Translations under genes and position numbers: made by a program
NCBI GenBank assembly: GCA_963823665.1
Contig: CAWGMQ010000003.1
Coordinates: forward strand, 608,001-672,000
Reading direction: 5' to 3'
Length of the DNA: 64,000 nt
Source of the DNA: an uncultured Planctomycetota bacterium
GTDB taxonomy: Bacteria > Planctomycetota > Planctomycetia > Isosphaerales > Isosphaeraceae
In this document: piece after piece, positions 1-12,842 of the stretch
Position numbering within the stretch: the stretch's first letter is position 1
Layout: the number at the start of each line of letters is the position of its first letter
Notes under the pieces: generated by a model
Databases searched by the model: none
What the model was told of the DNA's origin: nothing
The model's input: only the letters and a program-made list of their open reading frames with translations

Positions 1-3000
1 AGGCTCTGAAGCGACGATGGGCTCGAGCCGCTCGTGCCGCTCGTGATGGCGCTATTGACCGCGGGAGCGGCGACCTCCGGCTTGGCGATTGCATCCTGAA
101 CGGAGGGTGTGCCGCCGATACCGCTGGCGACGAACGAGTTCTGGGAGTCGGTGAGGGTCGCACTGATGTTGACTCCCGCCGTGCCCTGCGGGGTTAACGT
201 GTTGGGCGAGGCCGTGAACGGGTCGTCAAACGCCATCAGCGACGTGTCAATACCGCCGAATGCGGTGACCACGACCGGGCGCGTGTCCTCCGGGGTGAAA
301 GGGACGGCGTAGTTGGCGTTGGTTGTCAACGCGCCTGTCGACGGGCCGAATTTCAGCGGGGTTGGGGTATGGGATAAAGCGTCCTGCTGGGAATCGTCAA
401 GCTCGATGATCCCTGGAGTGCTTGTGAGGATCACATAATAGACAGTTCCCGCCGTCAGGGCGGGGATTGCCGAGTCGCTCGAGGCCACTGGCCCCAAATA
501 GACAAACGGATCGCCGGTTTGCAGGCCGGGATCGAACGGCACCGAGGAGTTCGGATCGCTCAAATTGTTGAATGTGATCTGGTTGGAGGAGACCGAGACA
601 TTGTCGCTGGTGGGCGCTGCGAACATCACGTTGGTGGTCGTTCCGGAGGCGAGCGAAACCGAGATCGGGTTACCGCTTGAGTCGACGAACGCGACCAGGC
701 CGGGATGATTGATCCGATCGGGAAGCGTGATGTAATAAGTCTGGCCGACCGTGAGGCCGGTTATACCCTCGTCATTTGCAGTGGCGGGCCCTTCATAGAC
801 GAGCGGCTCGTTCTTGACGAACCCGGCGTCGAAGCCGAACTCGATGGTTGAGCCGGAGCCCGGGACGGGTTGTCCTGGAGGGTTGACGGTGACGTTGAAC
901 GTGCCGACCGAATATGGGCTGCCGATTCGTGCGTTGTCGATACCGGTGGCGGTCCAATCCTGGCCGTTATTCGCGTTCGAGATGGCGGTGGCTTCCCCGG
1001 CGTTGCCGGCCTTCACGGCGTCCGAGGTGTCGCCGGGATTACTGGCCAGGAAGGCGTCATAAGCGGCGGTGTAGGCGGCCTGGCTCTGAGCGGTAAAGAA
1101 GGCCGTGCCGGCCGCGGCTGTGGCTTCCGCAGCGGTGGCACTGGTGCTGGTCAACCGCATCAACCGGGGGTTTTGCGAGTCGAGGATCACGTAGTAGGTT
1201 TGGCCGTCGACCAAGCCCTGGACGACGGAGCCGAGAGCACCGTGGTAGATCAAGGAAGCGCCGCTGCTCAGTGTTCCGGCGAGGGCGATGTTGAAGCCGG
1301 CGTCGATGGTGTTATCGGTGGAGTCGATCGAGACGGAGGGATCGAACGTGAAAACGTTCACTCCGCCCACGGTGTTTGAGCTGATGGAGAGTGCGTTTCC
1401 CGCTTCGGCATCTTGCTCCGAGTCGGCAAGCTGGATGACGGTTGACGTCGAGGTTGAGTCCTGGCTGTCGGGAATGGACCAGTAGCGGACACCCGGGGTC
1501 AGGCCGCTGATGAAGGAGCCCTGGTAGATGAAGCTGTCGCCGAGCGTGAACCCCGCGTTGAAGTTGAACTGGATCGTGTTGGGCTGCATGTGGCTGGGGT
1601 TGACCGTCACACCCAGCCGTTGCTGCAAGCCCGTGAATCCGGGGTCCAGGTTGAGCGGGACCACGGCGCCGTCTTGTCCGTTCTTGCGCGGCGAACTGAA
1701 GAGCTGCAGGGTATCCGGGCTAGCGGAATTCACGATGGCGTAATAGGTACCGTCAGAGAGCCCGTCAATCGCCTCGTCGGCCACTGCATTATATGTAAGT
1801 GTGTCACCATCATTGAATCCTGGGTTCGAGTCGAACGTGATGGTGCCGTCGGTTTCGTTGACGTCGGAAATGGGGACGGTGACAGGAGGGGACAAGGAGA
1901 TGTCGGTCAGGGTGGGATACTGGCGGAATGGGATGAACGTTCCGTTGTCGGCGTCGGCGGCCGTTGCCGCGAGCTGGATTTCATCGGTGAGGGTGCTGGG
2001 GACGATGATGTAGTAGGTCGTTCCGGAGGTGAGGCCGCCGATGGGGCCGTTGTCGTTGCTGGAGTAGGTGAACGACTGGCCGGTTTGCAGTTTGGCCATC
2101 GCGGATGGTGAAACTTTGATGGCATTATTGGCGAAGTCGACGCCGGTGTCGGGATCGAAGGTGAGGGCGGGCGCGCTGGTGCCGGCACCGGAGATCATGG
2201 TGCCGTCCTCGGTGGTTGTGACGTGGTTCTCGGTGACGTTGACTCCGACGGCCACGCCGGCCAAGCCGCTGACGTAGGTGCCGGTTGTGGGTATCGCGGT
2301 ATTTTCCGTGTTGCCGGTCGACGTGAGGTTGATGTCGCCGGAGGCCATCACGGTCGCGCTCTTGGCAACGGTCGCGTTTGCGGTCTGATTGATCACGCCG
2401 ACGCCCAGCGCGATGGCGATGTCGTCGGAGTTGACCGGGGCGGTGCCGGTGTTCTGGCTGACGCGCGCGGTGTCGGTGTCGGTGGTGTTGGCTGTTGAAG
2501 AGAGGGTGATGTCTCCGCCGGTTGACGTGATCTGGGCATTGCTGCAGACATTCATCTGGGCATCGGTTGTGCCCATCATGAACGCGATGGCGGCGCCGAA
2601 CTGGGTGCCCAGGCGGTAGATGGCCTGACCCTCGGCGTCGGCGGTGCTGGAGGAGGCCAGGGTGACGTTTCCGGAGCCCGTGATTTGCGTGTACTCGCCG
2701 GCGGTGACAGTCGAGGCGGCGTTGCGGTAATTGATCGAGACCGGCAGCACGGCGAGGTTGAGCCCTGGAATCAAGCTTGTAGCCTGGAGCGCCGTGCTGA
2801 GCAACGTACCGACCCATGGGCCCCAGGAAGCGAACTGTTCGTCGCTGGATTGATCCGTTCCGCTGCCGGCGAGCGTTGAGACCAGGGGGATGTCACCCGC
2901 ATTGGCCTCGATATCGATCGTGCCGCCGTCGACGACGGTGGGGGAGCCCGCCGTGCTGTCCATGAAGTCGACGGTGGACTGGCGCATGGTCGCTTCGAGC

Positions 3001-3877
3001 GTGGGGAAGCTCAGGCCGTCGAGTGTGTAGTTCGTATTGTTGGCCTTGAGAGTGATGCCACCGGCCTGATAAGAGTTTGTGGCCTGAGCGAACAGATCCG
3101 AGCCGGGCTCGACGGTGATTGCCGGAGCATTAAAGCCAACGTTCAAGATCGGATTGTTGGGATCGGAGTTGGCCACGGTGATCGAAAGCGATCCGGAATT
3201 TCCGGTCGACGGTGCGCTCGAGTAGCTCGTATTGGTGCCGGTAGTCCTGGTCGAGATGGTCGCGGGGCCCTGAGGAAAGACCTCGCCGGACGGGGTGCCG
3301 ATGATGACATTTGAGAAGCCGTTGACGTTGAAGCCACCCCCTTGTGTATCAACGAGTCCCTGGATCTGCATGAGCTGGTTGGATGAACCGATCGACGCAG
3401 CGTCGATCGACATCGTGTAGCCTTTGGTGAAGATGCCCTGGAGGAACACGCCGTTTTCGGAGTCGCTAAGGGTGGAGGAGCTGCTGGAGAGCCGGCGGCG
3501 CTTGCGACCTGGGTGTCGATGTCGACGTTTTGGTTCTGTACGTTGAACGTTGCGCCGCCGCCGAAATCGGTTGTGTAGCTGGACTCGGTCTGGCCGGTAG
3601 CGGTGGCGTACATCAGGTTGCCCATTCTGTCCGTGGACAGGTAGAGCTCGTCGGAAAGCGAGTCGGACACGAAGTGCGCAGCGGCGGGCGAAGTGCTGGT
3701 GGCTGCCGTGAGGAACACCGAGATCGAGAGTAGCGTGCGATTTTCGAGGCCTTCGAAGTGGAGATATCGCGCCGGGCGGCTTGCGGGAGCGGGCCGCCGG
3801 CGTGAGGGGCCGTCTGGAGGAGAGAGCTTCGACCGCTTTCGGAAAGGCCACCAACTCGGCTTTGAAGTGCGGGACAT
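1..3877 (-). CDS. Giant secreted/surface repeat protein with planctomycete LEPRxLL-type leader (5' part only, runs off the window; frameshift near 3490)
   Basis: N-terminus contains RYLHFEGLENRTLLS. After ~3490 the neighbouring frame (SSTLSDSENGVFLQGIFTKG...) was in register at the spots checked down to base 1. It is T/S/G/N-rich and has six repeats ending in G/A-L-[TSV]-x-G-..YY-like motifs. Confidence 0.8.
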
Positions 3878-4258
3878 CCGGGTGTTCCTCTGCTTGATGA
3901 AGGGTGTGATGTTCCACGGGCAGTGGCGCGCGCAGTATCTTCTCGACAGCGGCTATCGTGGCCGGCCTGAGAGAATTCTCCTTAACTTGAACGGGCGTCT
4001 GAGCCGGAGCGATGGAGGCATTCAAGCGTTGAATGAAGCGGGGAGCAAATCCTTGCGGCAGATCGCGACGCAACTCCGGACTTGGTGTGCAATGTCATCC
4101 CCTCAACGCGGCAGGGCACTCCGGTGGCCGTCGCGACCCGTCCGGGCGAGAGCCCTACAGACTTACGCGCGGGCGGGGCCGACCCGAGCGCAGGTTTGTC
4201 AATTTTTTTTGAACGCGGATTCAAGGTGAGAAGCGTTTGCGGCGTGACGCGTCGCGCT

Positions 4259-7200
4259 TTAACGGGAGAATGGGTCGACGGGGAAAGCGGCGTCGAGAAG
4301 GAGCGATTCGGCCCCGACCACGCTCAGGTTGCGTGTGGCCATGACTGCCTCGATTGCCACATCGCGGGTCTCTTCGTCGGGGATGTCGGTTTTGAGACGC
4401 TCGAGCGCGCGATCGCAATCGATTCGAGCCTGGGCGTGCTGTCCCAGGTGATGGCGAGCGAGGGCGAGCAGAAAGGCGTCAGCGACCGACGCACGAGGCA
4501 AGGCGACGGCACGGTTCAGGACGGCGGCCGCTTTTGTCCAGTCGCCCTGGAGGCAATACGCTGCGCCGAGCCGGGATAGGCCATGGCGGGCGATATCGGT
4601 CTTGATCCTTTCGAGGCTGGGCGTGAACAGGGGGAACTGGCGGTTCGTGATCGAGAGCCGGAATCGACCGAGTGTATTATAGGGGTCTCCAGCGGTCCCT
4701 GAGTCGAGCTCCGCGCGCAATTTCTGGCCGCGGCCAATCTCGATTGGAACGTCTGGCTGGAAGACGGCCTGGTGATGCTGACCGAGGTGCGGGTAGATTG
4801 ACCACATGGTTCCAGGGTCTGCGCCCTTGGCGTGCTTTAGCCCAAATTCCGAGTCTGAAAAGTCGGATCGCGCGCGGGTGAGCTGGACCGCGATGCCCTG
4901 GGACGCTCGAGGAAAGGCGGTCAAGCGAACGGCGGTCAACCGGAAAGTGCCTCGAATGGCGCCGCGGCCGGGGCCGCGGTGCGGGAATCGATGGTCGGGG
5001 ATGACCTCGAGCCGGATCGCGGTGATCCGGGAGAGATCGGATACCGCGTCGACGGAGTAGGTCTCGAAAGTCGAGAGCGGGCCGGCGGCCAGGAGCGAGC
5101 CGTCGGGCAAGAGGGAGAGGGTAGCGCCGGCGGCGGACGTCATCGCGGCGGGCTGGAGGACGGTCCAGCCGGGTGATGTGTCGGGATCTGGCATCAGGTC
5201 CGCCAGCGCGGCGGCGACCGACCCGTCGTCGGGTGTGTTCGAGAGCCGCTCCTGGAGCAAGGTCTCTGCCTTTGATCGGGCCAGAACCAACTCGTCGGCA
5301 AGGGCTGTGTGTTCGAGTAGCCGAGCGAGCTCGATCCAGCGCGAGACGTCGTCGGGGAGGAGGCTCATGGCGTGGGCCATGGCATCCCGCGCCTGAGAAT
5401 GGTCGCCGCTGTGCGCGAGTGATAGCGCGTGCTCGACCCAGGGGGAGGCGTTCAGGCTTTTGATGCCGCGCGCGCGTGTAGGCGGCCTGGGCGGCGGGGT
5501 CGTCACCCGTCAAGGCGAGGGCGCGGCCGCGGCGAAGCCAGCCTGCCACGTCGCGGGCATCGGGCTCAGAGGCCATGTCTGCCCGTGGGCCTGACTCCCA
5601 GACGTTCAATCGCCCGACGACGCCGTAGTTGGCAACGATCCGCGAGCCGTCGGGGTTGAATGCAGCGCGGGGTGTGTAGCCGAGGGCGCCAATCGGGCTG
5701 CCGAAGCCGCGGAGGACGAGCAGCTCATCGCCGGTGCGGGCGTCGGCCAGGTGGACATTGCCGTCGAAACCCAGTGATGCAAGACGTTTCCCGTCAGGGC
5801 TGAACCCGACGAAGCTTACGTCCTCGGGCGCCGGACTGGTGATGAGAGTGTCCGAAGCGAGGTCCCAGAGATGGACCTTCTCGGTCCCGACATCGGCGAT
5901 GGCGACGCTACCGCCATCGGGGTGGAAGGCCACGAATCTGACTGAGCCGAGCTGATTGCGCTTCGCGTGCACGACCCCGGTCTGGGCATCCCAGACCGTC
6001 ACCGAGGCGGAGGCTTCGGCCGACGGTGAGCTTCCCGCTGCAAGGTGTTTGCCGTCGCTGCTGTAAGCGAGGGCGGCGACCAGATCCGGGTCGGCCGTCA
6101 TGGATCGAAGCTTCTGGGCTCGGTGGATTTGCCAGAGGGTTACGAGCCACTGAGCATTCTGCGGGTCGAGCGCGGCTGTTGAGAGCGTCTGGCCATCGGG
6201 CGAGAACGCGACGGCCGTGACCGACCCTCCTGGCCCCGGCAAGCGGGCGACCAATCGTCGGGGTGAGAGATCCCACACGCCGACGATGCTTCGGTCTTCC
6301 CGAAGGGGTGCCGCGAGGCGCGAGGCGCCGCGCTCAATGCGAAGTCGCCACGTGGCCAGGCACGGTGATTGGTCACGGACGGGGCGAGATCGGATCGGAC
6401 AGAGCCATCGATGGGGTCCAGGTAAACCAGCCGGGGTGGGGATTGCCATGCGATCTCAAGGACGCGGACGCCGTCGCGGTCGAAGGCCAGCGTGCCGATC
6501 TGATCGAAGCCTCCAACGATCCTGCTGCGGCCGCGTGGATCGCGGGCGGGGTCAAAGACCTTCACCCCTTTCACGCCCCAACTGCCCGAGAAAAGCCGAC
6601 GGCCGTCGGCGCTGAAGGCGAGAGCGCTCGACTCTTTAGCGCGGTTGAAGAAGGTGGCACGCTCCGCGCCATCGGCCGCGTCGAAGACACGCACCAATGG
6701 CATCCTTCCGCCTGCCGCGAGCAGGGTACCGTCCGGGCTCAAGGCGACCGACTTCACCTGAGCTACCCCGGCCGATATTCGGAGCACCCGATCGAGGGTG
6801 TTTGAATCCCAGACCCATAATTCCTCGATTTCCTTGTTCGACTCGTCCTGGCGCAAGATGCCGGCCAGCCGCCGACCATCGGGAAACCAGAACGGCGACT
6901 CGACGAAGCCCGGCCGTCTCAACACCGGCTCGCCTGGGCGGTCGAGATTGGGATCCCACGGTCGGATCTCCAGGCCGGACGCGCCGGCGAACGCGATCCG
7001 GGTGCCGTCCGGGCTCCACGCCAGCCATCGGGCGTCGTGAGGGATGGAGGCAGTCTGGCGGCCGGTCTCGGGGTCCCAGAAGCCCGCGCGCCCTTGGCCC
7101 AGTGCAGTGGCGAGACGCCGGCCGTCTGGGCTCCATTGCAAACCGGCGTAGTATACCTTCATGACCAAGTCGTACGGAGATGCGGTACCGGAGGCGACAA

Positions 7201-9244
7201 GCCGACCAGTGGGCACGTCCCACACCCGGAATGTTCCCTCAGCCCCGAGTGTCGCCAGGCGCCTGGCGTCGGGGCGGAACGCAACCGCGAGCACGAACGA
7301 TTTATGGCCGGGCAGCTCGTGCAGGACCTTACCGTCGGCAAGATCGATCAGATATGCTGAAACGGCAGGGCGCTTCGGGGTCCCGAGGACGTAGGGCGAG
7401 GAGCAGCCCACTGCCAGGAGGCGGCCGTCGGGGCTGACAGCGATGGAGTGGTTCTCGTCGGTGGTCGGCACCTGGATGGTTTTCAGCTCGGGGCTGCACC
7501 ACTGGTCGAGGTAGAACCACTCCCAGCCGCGGCGATCAGGCTCGCCCGGCCGCGGGCGGTACTGGTCGAGCAGGCCACGCGCGGTGGCGACGTCGAAGAG
7601 GCGGAGAGCGCTCTCGGCCTGGCCGATGCGGGCGATGTAAAGGTGATGCTCGGCTCGGTCGGCGTGGCGAACGACCTCGGTTCGGCCGGCATCGGCCCGT
7701 TTCTCCGCTGCCTGGGCAGCAAGCTTTTCGCGCTCGCTGGCCCGGGCGAGCAATGCCATCTGTTCGGCCACGAGCACCGAGGCGATCGTTGCTCCGACCA
7801 GCGTCGCCGTGAGGACAGCCCCGAGGACGGCGATGACCGGGTTGCGCCGCGCCAGCGCAGGTACTGCTCGGCAGCCCCGACACGCCGCGCGTGGACGGGC
7901 TCGTCGCGGAGGAAGCGCTGGAGGTCGTCGGCCAGTAGGGCGGCCGTCTGGTAGCGGCGCGCCGGGCTGCGCTCGATGGCCTTGTGGATGATGGTCACGA
8001 GGTCTCGGGGGATCGCGCGATTCAACCGGTCGAGTCGACGAGGCTCAGCGGTGGTGACCTGACGGATCAGGCGCTGGCGGTCGGTTTCGTCGTAGGCGGG
8101 CTGGAGGGCGAGGAGCTCGGTAAAGCGCCAGCCCGAGCGCACAGACCTCGCTCCGGGCGTCGTGCTGGCCGCTAAATGCCTCCGGAGCCAGGTAGCGGAG
8201 GGTGCCGACCACATCGCCGGTGGCAGTCAGGTTCTCCTGGCCGGCGGACTTGGCCAGTCCGAAATCGGTGATCCAGACGTTGCCGTGCAGGTCCAGGAGG
8301 AGGTTGGCGGGCTTGATGTCGCGGTGCAAAACGCCCTGCTGATGGGCGTACTCAAGCCCTGCCGCGGCCTGCGCGCCGATGTGGGCGACGCTGTGCCAGT
8401 AGGTTGACCGGCGCGATGAACTGACCGAGTCGGTCTGACCCGGGAGAGCATCCGTGGAGGCCGACAATTCGTAGCTATCGGACAGGCGACCGGCATGAGC
8501 AGCGGATCCCGAGTGAGCGCCTGGTGTGTCCCGACGCAGGAGCTGGTGGTCGGCAATGGTGAGGTCGGCGCGAACGGCCGGCCGGAATTCGCCCGACAGG
8601 AGTGATTCGGCAACCTTGGTGGCCGAGGCGCGGCGGGGAGAGACCTGGAGTTTGTGTTCGCGGGTGATCGAGGACCTGGGGCCGGTCCCTCGGGGATGAA
8701 TGCGTTTGAGCTCGTCGAGAACTTGATCGAGGCCGAGGCCCGGGATGAACTGCATGACATAGTAGTTCAGGCCGTTTTCTTCGCCGACGCCGAAGACGGG
8801 GACGATGTTGGTGTGGTGCAGCCGTGCGGCTGCCCTGGCCTCGCGCTCGAAGCGCTTCTGCTGGCGGCTGTCAAAAAGGAACTGCTGCGGCAGGACCTTG
8901 AGGGCGACGTGGCGGCCGAGCGAGATTTGTTCGGCCTCGTAGACCACGCCCATCCCGCCACGGCCGATCTCACTCAGAATCCGGTAGTCGCCCAGGCGCT
9001 CGGGAAGGTCGATTTGCCGGCAGCGCAGGGAGACCCCGGCGGGAGCGAGCGATCCCGCCTCGCTCTCGGGAGCGATTTGCTCCATCATCACCAGCGCGGG
9101 AAAGAGGTCGCGGATCTCGTCGGCGTGTTCGGGGTAGCGGGCGATGAATTCGCTCAGAGGAGGCCGCTCGCCGCGGCGATAACGCTCGACGAATTCCTCG
9201 GCGAGTGCTTCCACGGTCTGGCGTTTGGGGGTGATTGAATCCAT
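4259..9244 (-). CDS. Ser/Thr protein kinase with WD40 repeats and TPR-like C-terminus (four apparent frameshifts near 8120, 7855, 6335, 5475)
   Basis: Kinase motifs IGRGGMGVVY, VALKVL, HRDIKPANLL, DFGLAK, GTLRYLAPE; RGWEWFYL linker; repeated AFSPDG/FRPDA...WD units. Reassembled from ORFs 8045-9244, 7483-8214, 6140-7777, 4677-6449 and 4259-5506. Confidence 0.88.
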
Positions 9245-9283
9245 GGTGCAAGCTTGGTGAGGCAGGGAGGGAACCAGCGGCGC

Positions 9284-9915
9284 TCAAGGCTCAATCAGTC
9301 CGGGGATGTGTTTCACCTCATCCTTCAAACGCTTCAGTGCGCGCAGGTAACGACTGCTGGCTGTGGACTCGTTGATCTGGAGTGTAGCAGCGACCTCGGC
9401 GTTGTTCAATTGCTCGAAATGGCGCAGGGCGAGAACCTCACGATCGATCGGGTCCATGCCGTTTAGCGCATCCTGGACGCGGAGCCGAGCCTCGGCCTTG
9501 ATGGCGGCCTGGGAGGGCGAGGTCAAGCGGCCGAGAAGCTGGGCGGCGAGCGAAGCCGAGCTGGCCGCAGGCATGGCGCCACGGTGCAGGGAGACCTCCT
9601 GGGCGGCGTCGCGTAACTTCGCCCCCAGGTGGCGGCGGTGCGCGTCGATCAGCTTCTGGCCGGTCAGGTGCCGGAGCCAGAGAAAGAACGGCAGCGGCTT
9701 GTCGCGGAGAAATTCGGGGAGCCGCCTGGCGGCCTCGAGGCAGGCTTCCTGAAGAATGTCGGAATCGTCGAGGCGGCCCTGGAGGTGGCGGCTCAAGCGG
9801 AGCCGGACCATCTTCTTGAGCCGCCCGCGGTAGCGCGAAAGAGCTCGGTCAGCGCGGCAGTGTCACCGCCGGCGGCTTGATCGAGCAGATCATTCAAGTC
9901 TACGGGGTCAGCCAT
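9284..9915 (-). CDS. ECF-type sigma-70 factor, planctomycete subfamily (frameshift near 9838)
   Basis: LQGRLDDSDILQEA, FFLWLRHLT and DREVLALRHFEQLNNAEVA...SRYLRALKRL (region 4). ATG at 9915 follows GAGGAGAGG. Lies directly upstream of the kinase. Confidence 0.88.
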
Positions 9916-10062
9916 GAGCGCAATCCTCTCCTCTAGAGTATCATGCGCAGAGAAGGGGCCATTCAGCGCAGGTTATTCCGAAAAATGGTGCAACGGCCCG
10001 TCGTTCTTTAAAGAGGGGCTTTGGAGACAACTCAAAACTCTCTCGGTTAAAGGCTTCTTCCA

Positions 10063-10605
10063 ATGGCGCGACCAGTGCAGTTGTCAATCACTCTCGCGGC
10101 TATCTCGATCCTGGATTTCGCGATCTTTTCGGACACGCTATTTGCGCAGCAAAAGGTCGATCCTGCGAGCGCGGCTCAGGCCGACATCCCATCCAGAAAC
10201 GTGGCCGATCCACATGCGCTTGAGGAGCAACTCAAATCGGTCGCGAGCAAGGTTACGCCCTGCGCCGTTGCGGTCGGGGGGGCCGGCTCGGGGGCTCTGG
10301 GGTCATTGTTTCCGCTGACGGCTTGGTCCTGACTCAGAGTCACTGCGCCCCTGACGCAACGGTCACAATAGGCCTCCCGGGCGGAAACGAGGAAATTGCG
10401 GACGTTGTCGGCCGTGATGAGGTGTACGATCTGGGCTTATTGAAATTGCGGAAGCCAGCTCCATACCCCCATGTCGACTTTGCTGAAACCATGCCGAAAC
10501 TGGAGAGCTGGATTGTTACAGCGGGTTACCCGTATCCGTTGGGATACCAGAAAGGCCGGCCGCCGGAAGTGCGGCTTGGCAAGCTTCTCTATAGTTCCGA
10601 TCTTC
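10063..10605 (+). pseudogene. Trypsin-like (S1C) serine protease, N-terminal half only
   Basis: Signal-like N-terminus, then GSG...SGVIVSADGLVLTQSHC (His region) across a frameshift near 10300, and DLGLLKL (Asp region). No GDSGG serine motif follows. Confidence 0.65.
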
Positions 10606-10754
10606 GACGTTCGGGATTACCATGCACGTCATCGTATCGCCTTCCTGGGGCCCAAGCGCCTCACCGAGATTACGGTCCCCCGTGTGAGCGCCTATGTTGC
10701 CTCCGCGCGGGCGGAGGTCCGTCGCCATCGCCGTGGCCGATGCATTCCTGCAAG

Positions 10755-10916
10755 CACCATCAGAAAGGATACATTGATTTCTGGCTGAAGTTTATCGGGG
10801 TCGAGCAGGTCCAAACGCTGGTCGTGGAAGGCACGACGTGGCCAGGGAAAAAGCAGAGGGAAGAGAGCATCGCGCGTGGTCTGGAGGAGGCAAGAAGGTT
10901 GGCGGGAGATTTCTGA
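10755..10916 (+). pseudogene. C-terminal fragment of FMN-dependent NADH-azoreductase (AzoR/AcpD-like)
   Basis: HQKGYIDFWLKFIGVEQVQTLVVEG...ARRLAGDF* resembles the flavodoxin-fold C-terminus; no N-terminal part is present. Confidence 0.55.
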
Positions 10917-11369
10917 TTTTGCAGCAGACCAGGCCTTACGTAATTCGACCGCCGCGCCAGTCGCGCCGCATCAACCGCGCCACGGAGGAAGTGTTAGATG
11001 ACGCATGAACAGAACGCCCGCATCGCACAGGCCGTTCAGATGCTCACGGCGCAGCTCTGGCTCGAGGGTGTTGAAGTTTGGACCTTCAATTGGTGCGGAC
11101 CGACAGCGCATCGCATAGCTCGGCGGCGGCGGCCAATGCCGCTCATGACGCTTGGGGGATGACCCACTGCCGTGGGACCGAGCAACAAGAACTAGCACCC
11201 GAGTGTTGAAAAGGCGATGCCTAGCGCTTGGGTGCTCCCCATGGGACCTCGGACTTGACCACGGGTTGGCATCGATGGTTCATCAGACCCCCCCTAGCGG
11301 AGCGGACCTAGATAGATTTCCTTGGAACAGACCGAATTTGCTTAGGAAGCGGGGGATCCTCGCGCCCCC

Positions 11370-12769
11370 AAGTTCGTTCGACGCTGGAGAATGGCGCTTG
11401 GTCTTTGAATCCACCGCGCCGTTCCATGCGGTCCCCGACGTTCTCGCGGGCGACGAGTCGGTCCGACTGGTCGGCGGCGCGCTCGAGGTCCACTCCCCGC
11501 CGAGTCATCGCTGGGTCGCGTTGCGGGGCGTCACAGGCGCTGGGACCGAGGTTCGCGCCACTTTCGGGTACCCGAAGTGGACCCACTCGGTCCGGCTCGG
11601 GTTCGTCCTGTGTGTAGGAAACACTCAGCAGCCGAGTTACCAATTCGTGGTCGGCCGATTCGGGATGGACGTGGCGCGGACGTTCGAGGAAGCACGAGAT
11701 AAGGACGAGTTCGTGGCAGCACGGATCGTCCGCAATGGAGTGGTCGTCCGCGAGCACCGATGGCGAGCGTCCGCGCTCCCGGCCGGGCCGCTGGAGATGA
11801 CAGTCACCCGTCTGGCCGACGACCTCGCTCTGCAGGTGGCCTGCCTTCAACCCTGCCTAGAGCTGATCGATCTCATGCCCCTGGTTCGGTCGAGCGATCC
11901 GGCGGAGCTTGCGCTCGACTGGCCAGAGGGTGTGGCCTTAACGGGTCTTCGAGTCCGTGACAGGCCCGTGTCTCACGGCCGCAGTCCTTTGGAACGTGGC
12001 GATGGCCTTTACAACGCGAATGCCTTTCGTGACGCGGCCGAGTTCTATGGTAAGCACGCGTCAGGCGACGTTGCCGTCGCCTCGGAGGCAGGATACAAAA
12101 AGGCACTTTGCCTGACCCACACGCGTCGCCCGAAAGTTCGTGAGGCGGCGGCTCTATTTGCGTCTGTCGCACGGGAGTGTTCAGGCGCTCCCATCGGCGA
12201 CCCACGCCGAAAGTGGTGCGTGCCGGCGGCATTCCAGGCTTGGCGAATCGTCCACGCCAAAGACATCGAAATCCCCGGCGCCGATGCGCTCGAAGCGATC
12301 CTGACCTCGGGTCCGCGCGACGACCCGGACGACGATGTCCTGCTTCCGTCGCTGACCCAAAGCGAACTCGACGATTTCATAAAATACTTCGCACCCTACG
12401 CGTTCTCGACCAGCCCATATCACTTGCTGAAGCACGAACATCAACGGATCGGCCTTCTGGAACAAGCGATCCGCACAATGGACCGTCTGGATCCGACTGG
12501 TGCCTCCTCCGTTGGTCCCCCGACAAGAATTGCTCCGCGCCCATCTTTCGGCGCGAAACTACGCCCGGGCCGAACAGTTGGCAGACGAACTGCTTCGGAC
12601 GCCGCTCGACCAGGACTGGAGGCTGACGATTACTCGCGACGCCGTTTGGCTCGCGATCGAGCAGGCACGGCAGGCCGACATCCTCCCCGACACCGCCCGT
12701 CACGCCCTCCGGATAGCGCAGAGGACGTTCCGTTTCTCTCCGACGGTCATGAGTTGCGTCGGGGATTGA
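11370..12769 (+). pseudogene. Fragment of a TPR-like protein (no credible start, frameshift near 12520, ends at the tmRNA-like scar)
   Basis: Helical-repeat-like SPLERGDGLYNANAFRDAAEFY and EAGYKKALCL; continues in ORF 12500-12769. Confidence 0.45.
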
Positions 12770-12797
12770 TGGCGACGGGAAACCAACCCGCGTCCCG
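12768..12797 (-). repeat. Second, more degenerate copy of the tmRNA-like 3' end
   Basis: Plus-strand GATGGCGACGGGAAACCAACCCGCGTCCCG aligns without gaps to GGAGGCGGCGGGAATTGCACCCGCGTCCCG at 12844-12873. Confidence 0.62.
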
Positions 12798-12842
12798 CGT
12801 ATGCGTAAATCTTTGCAATAAAACGATTTATAATATAAAGAT

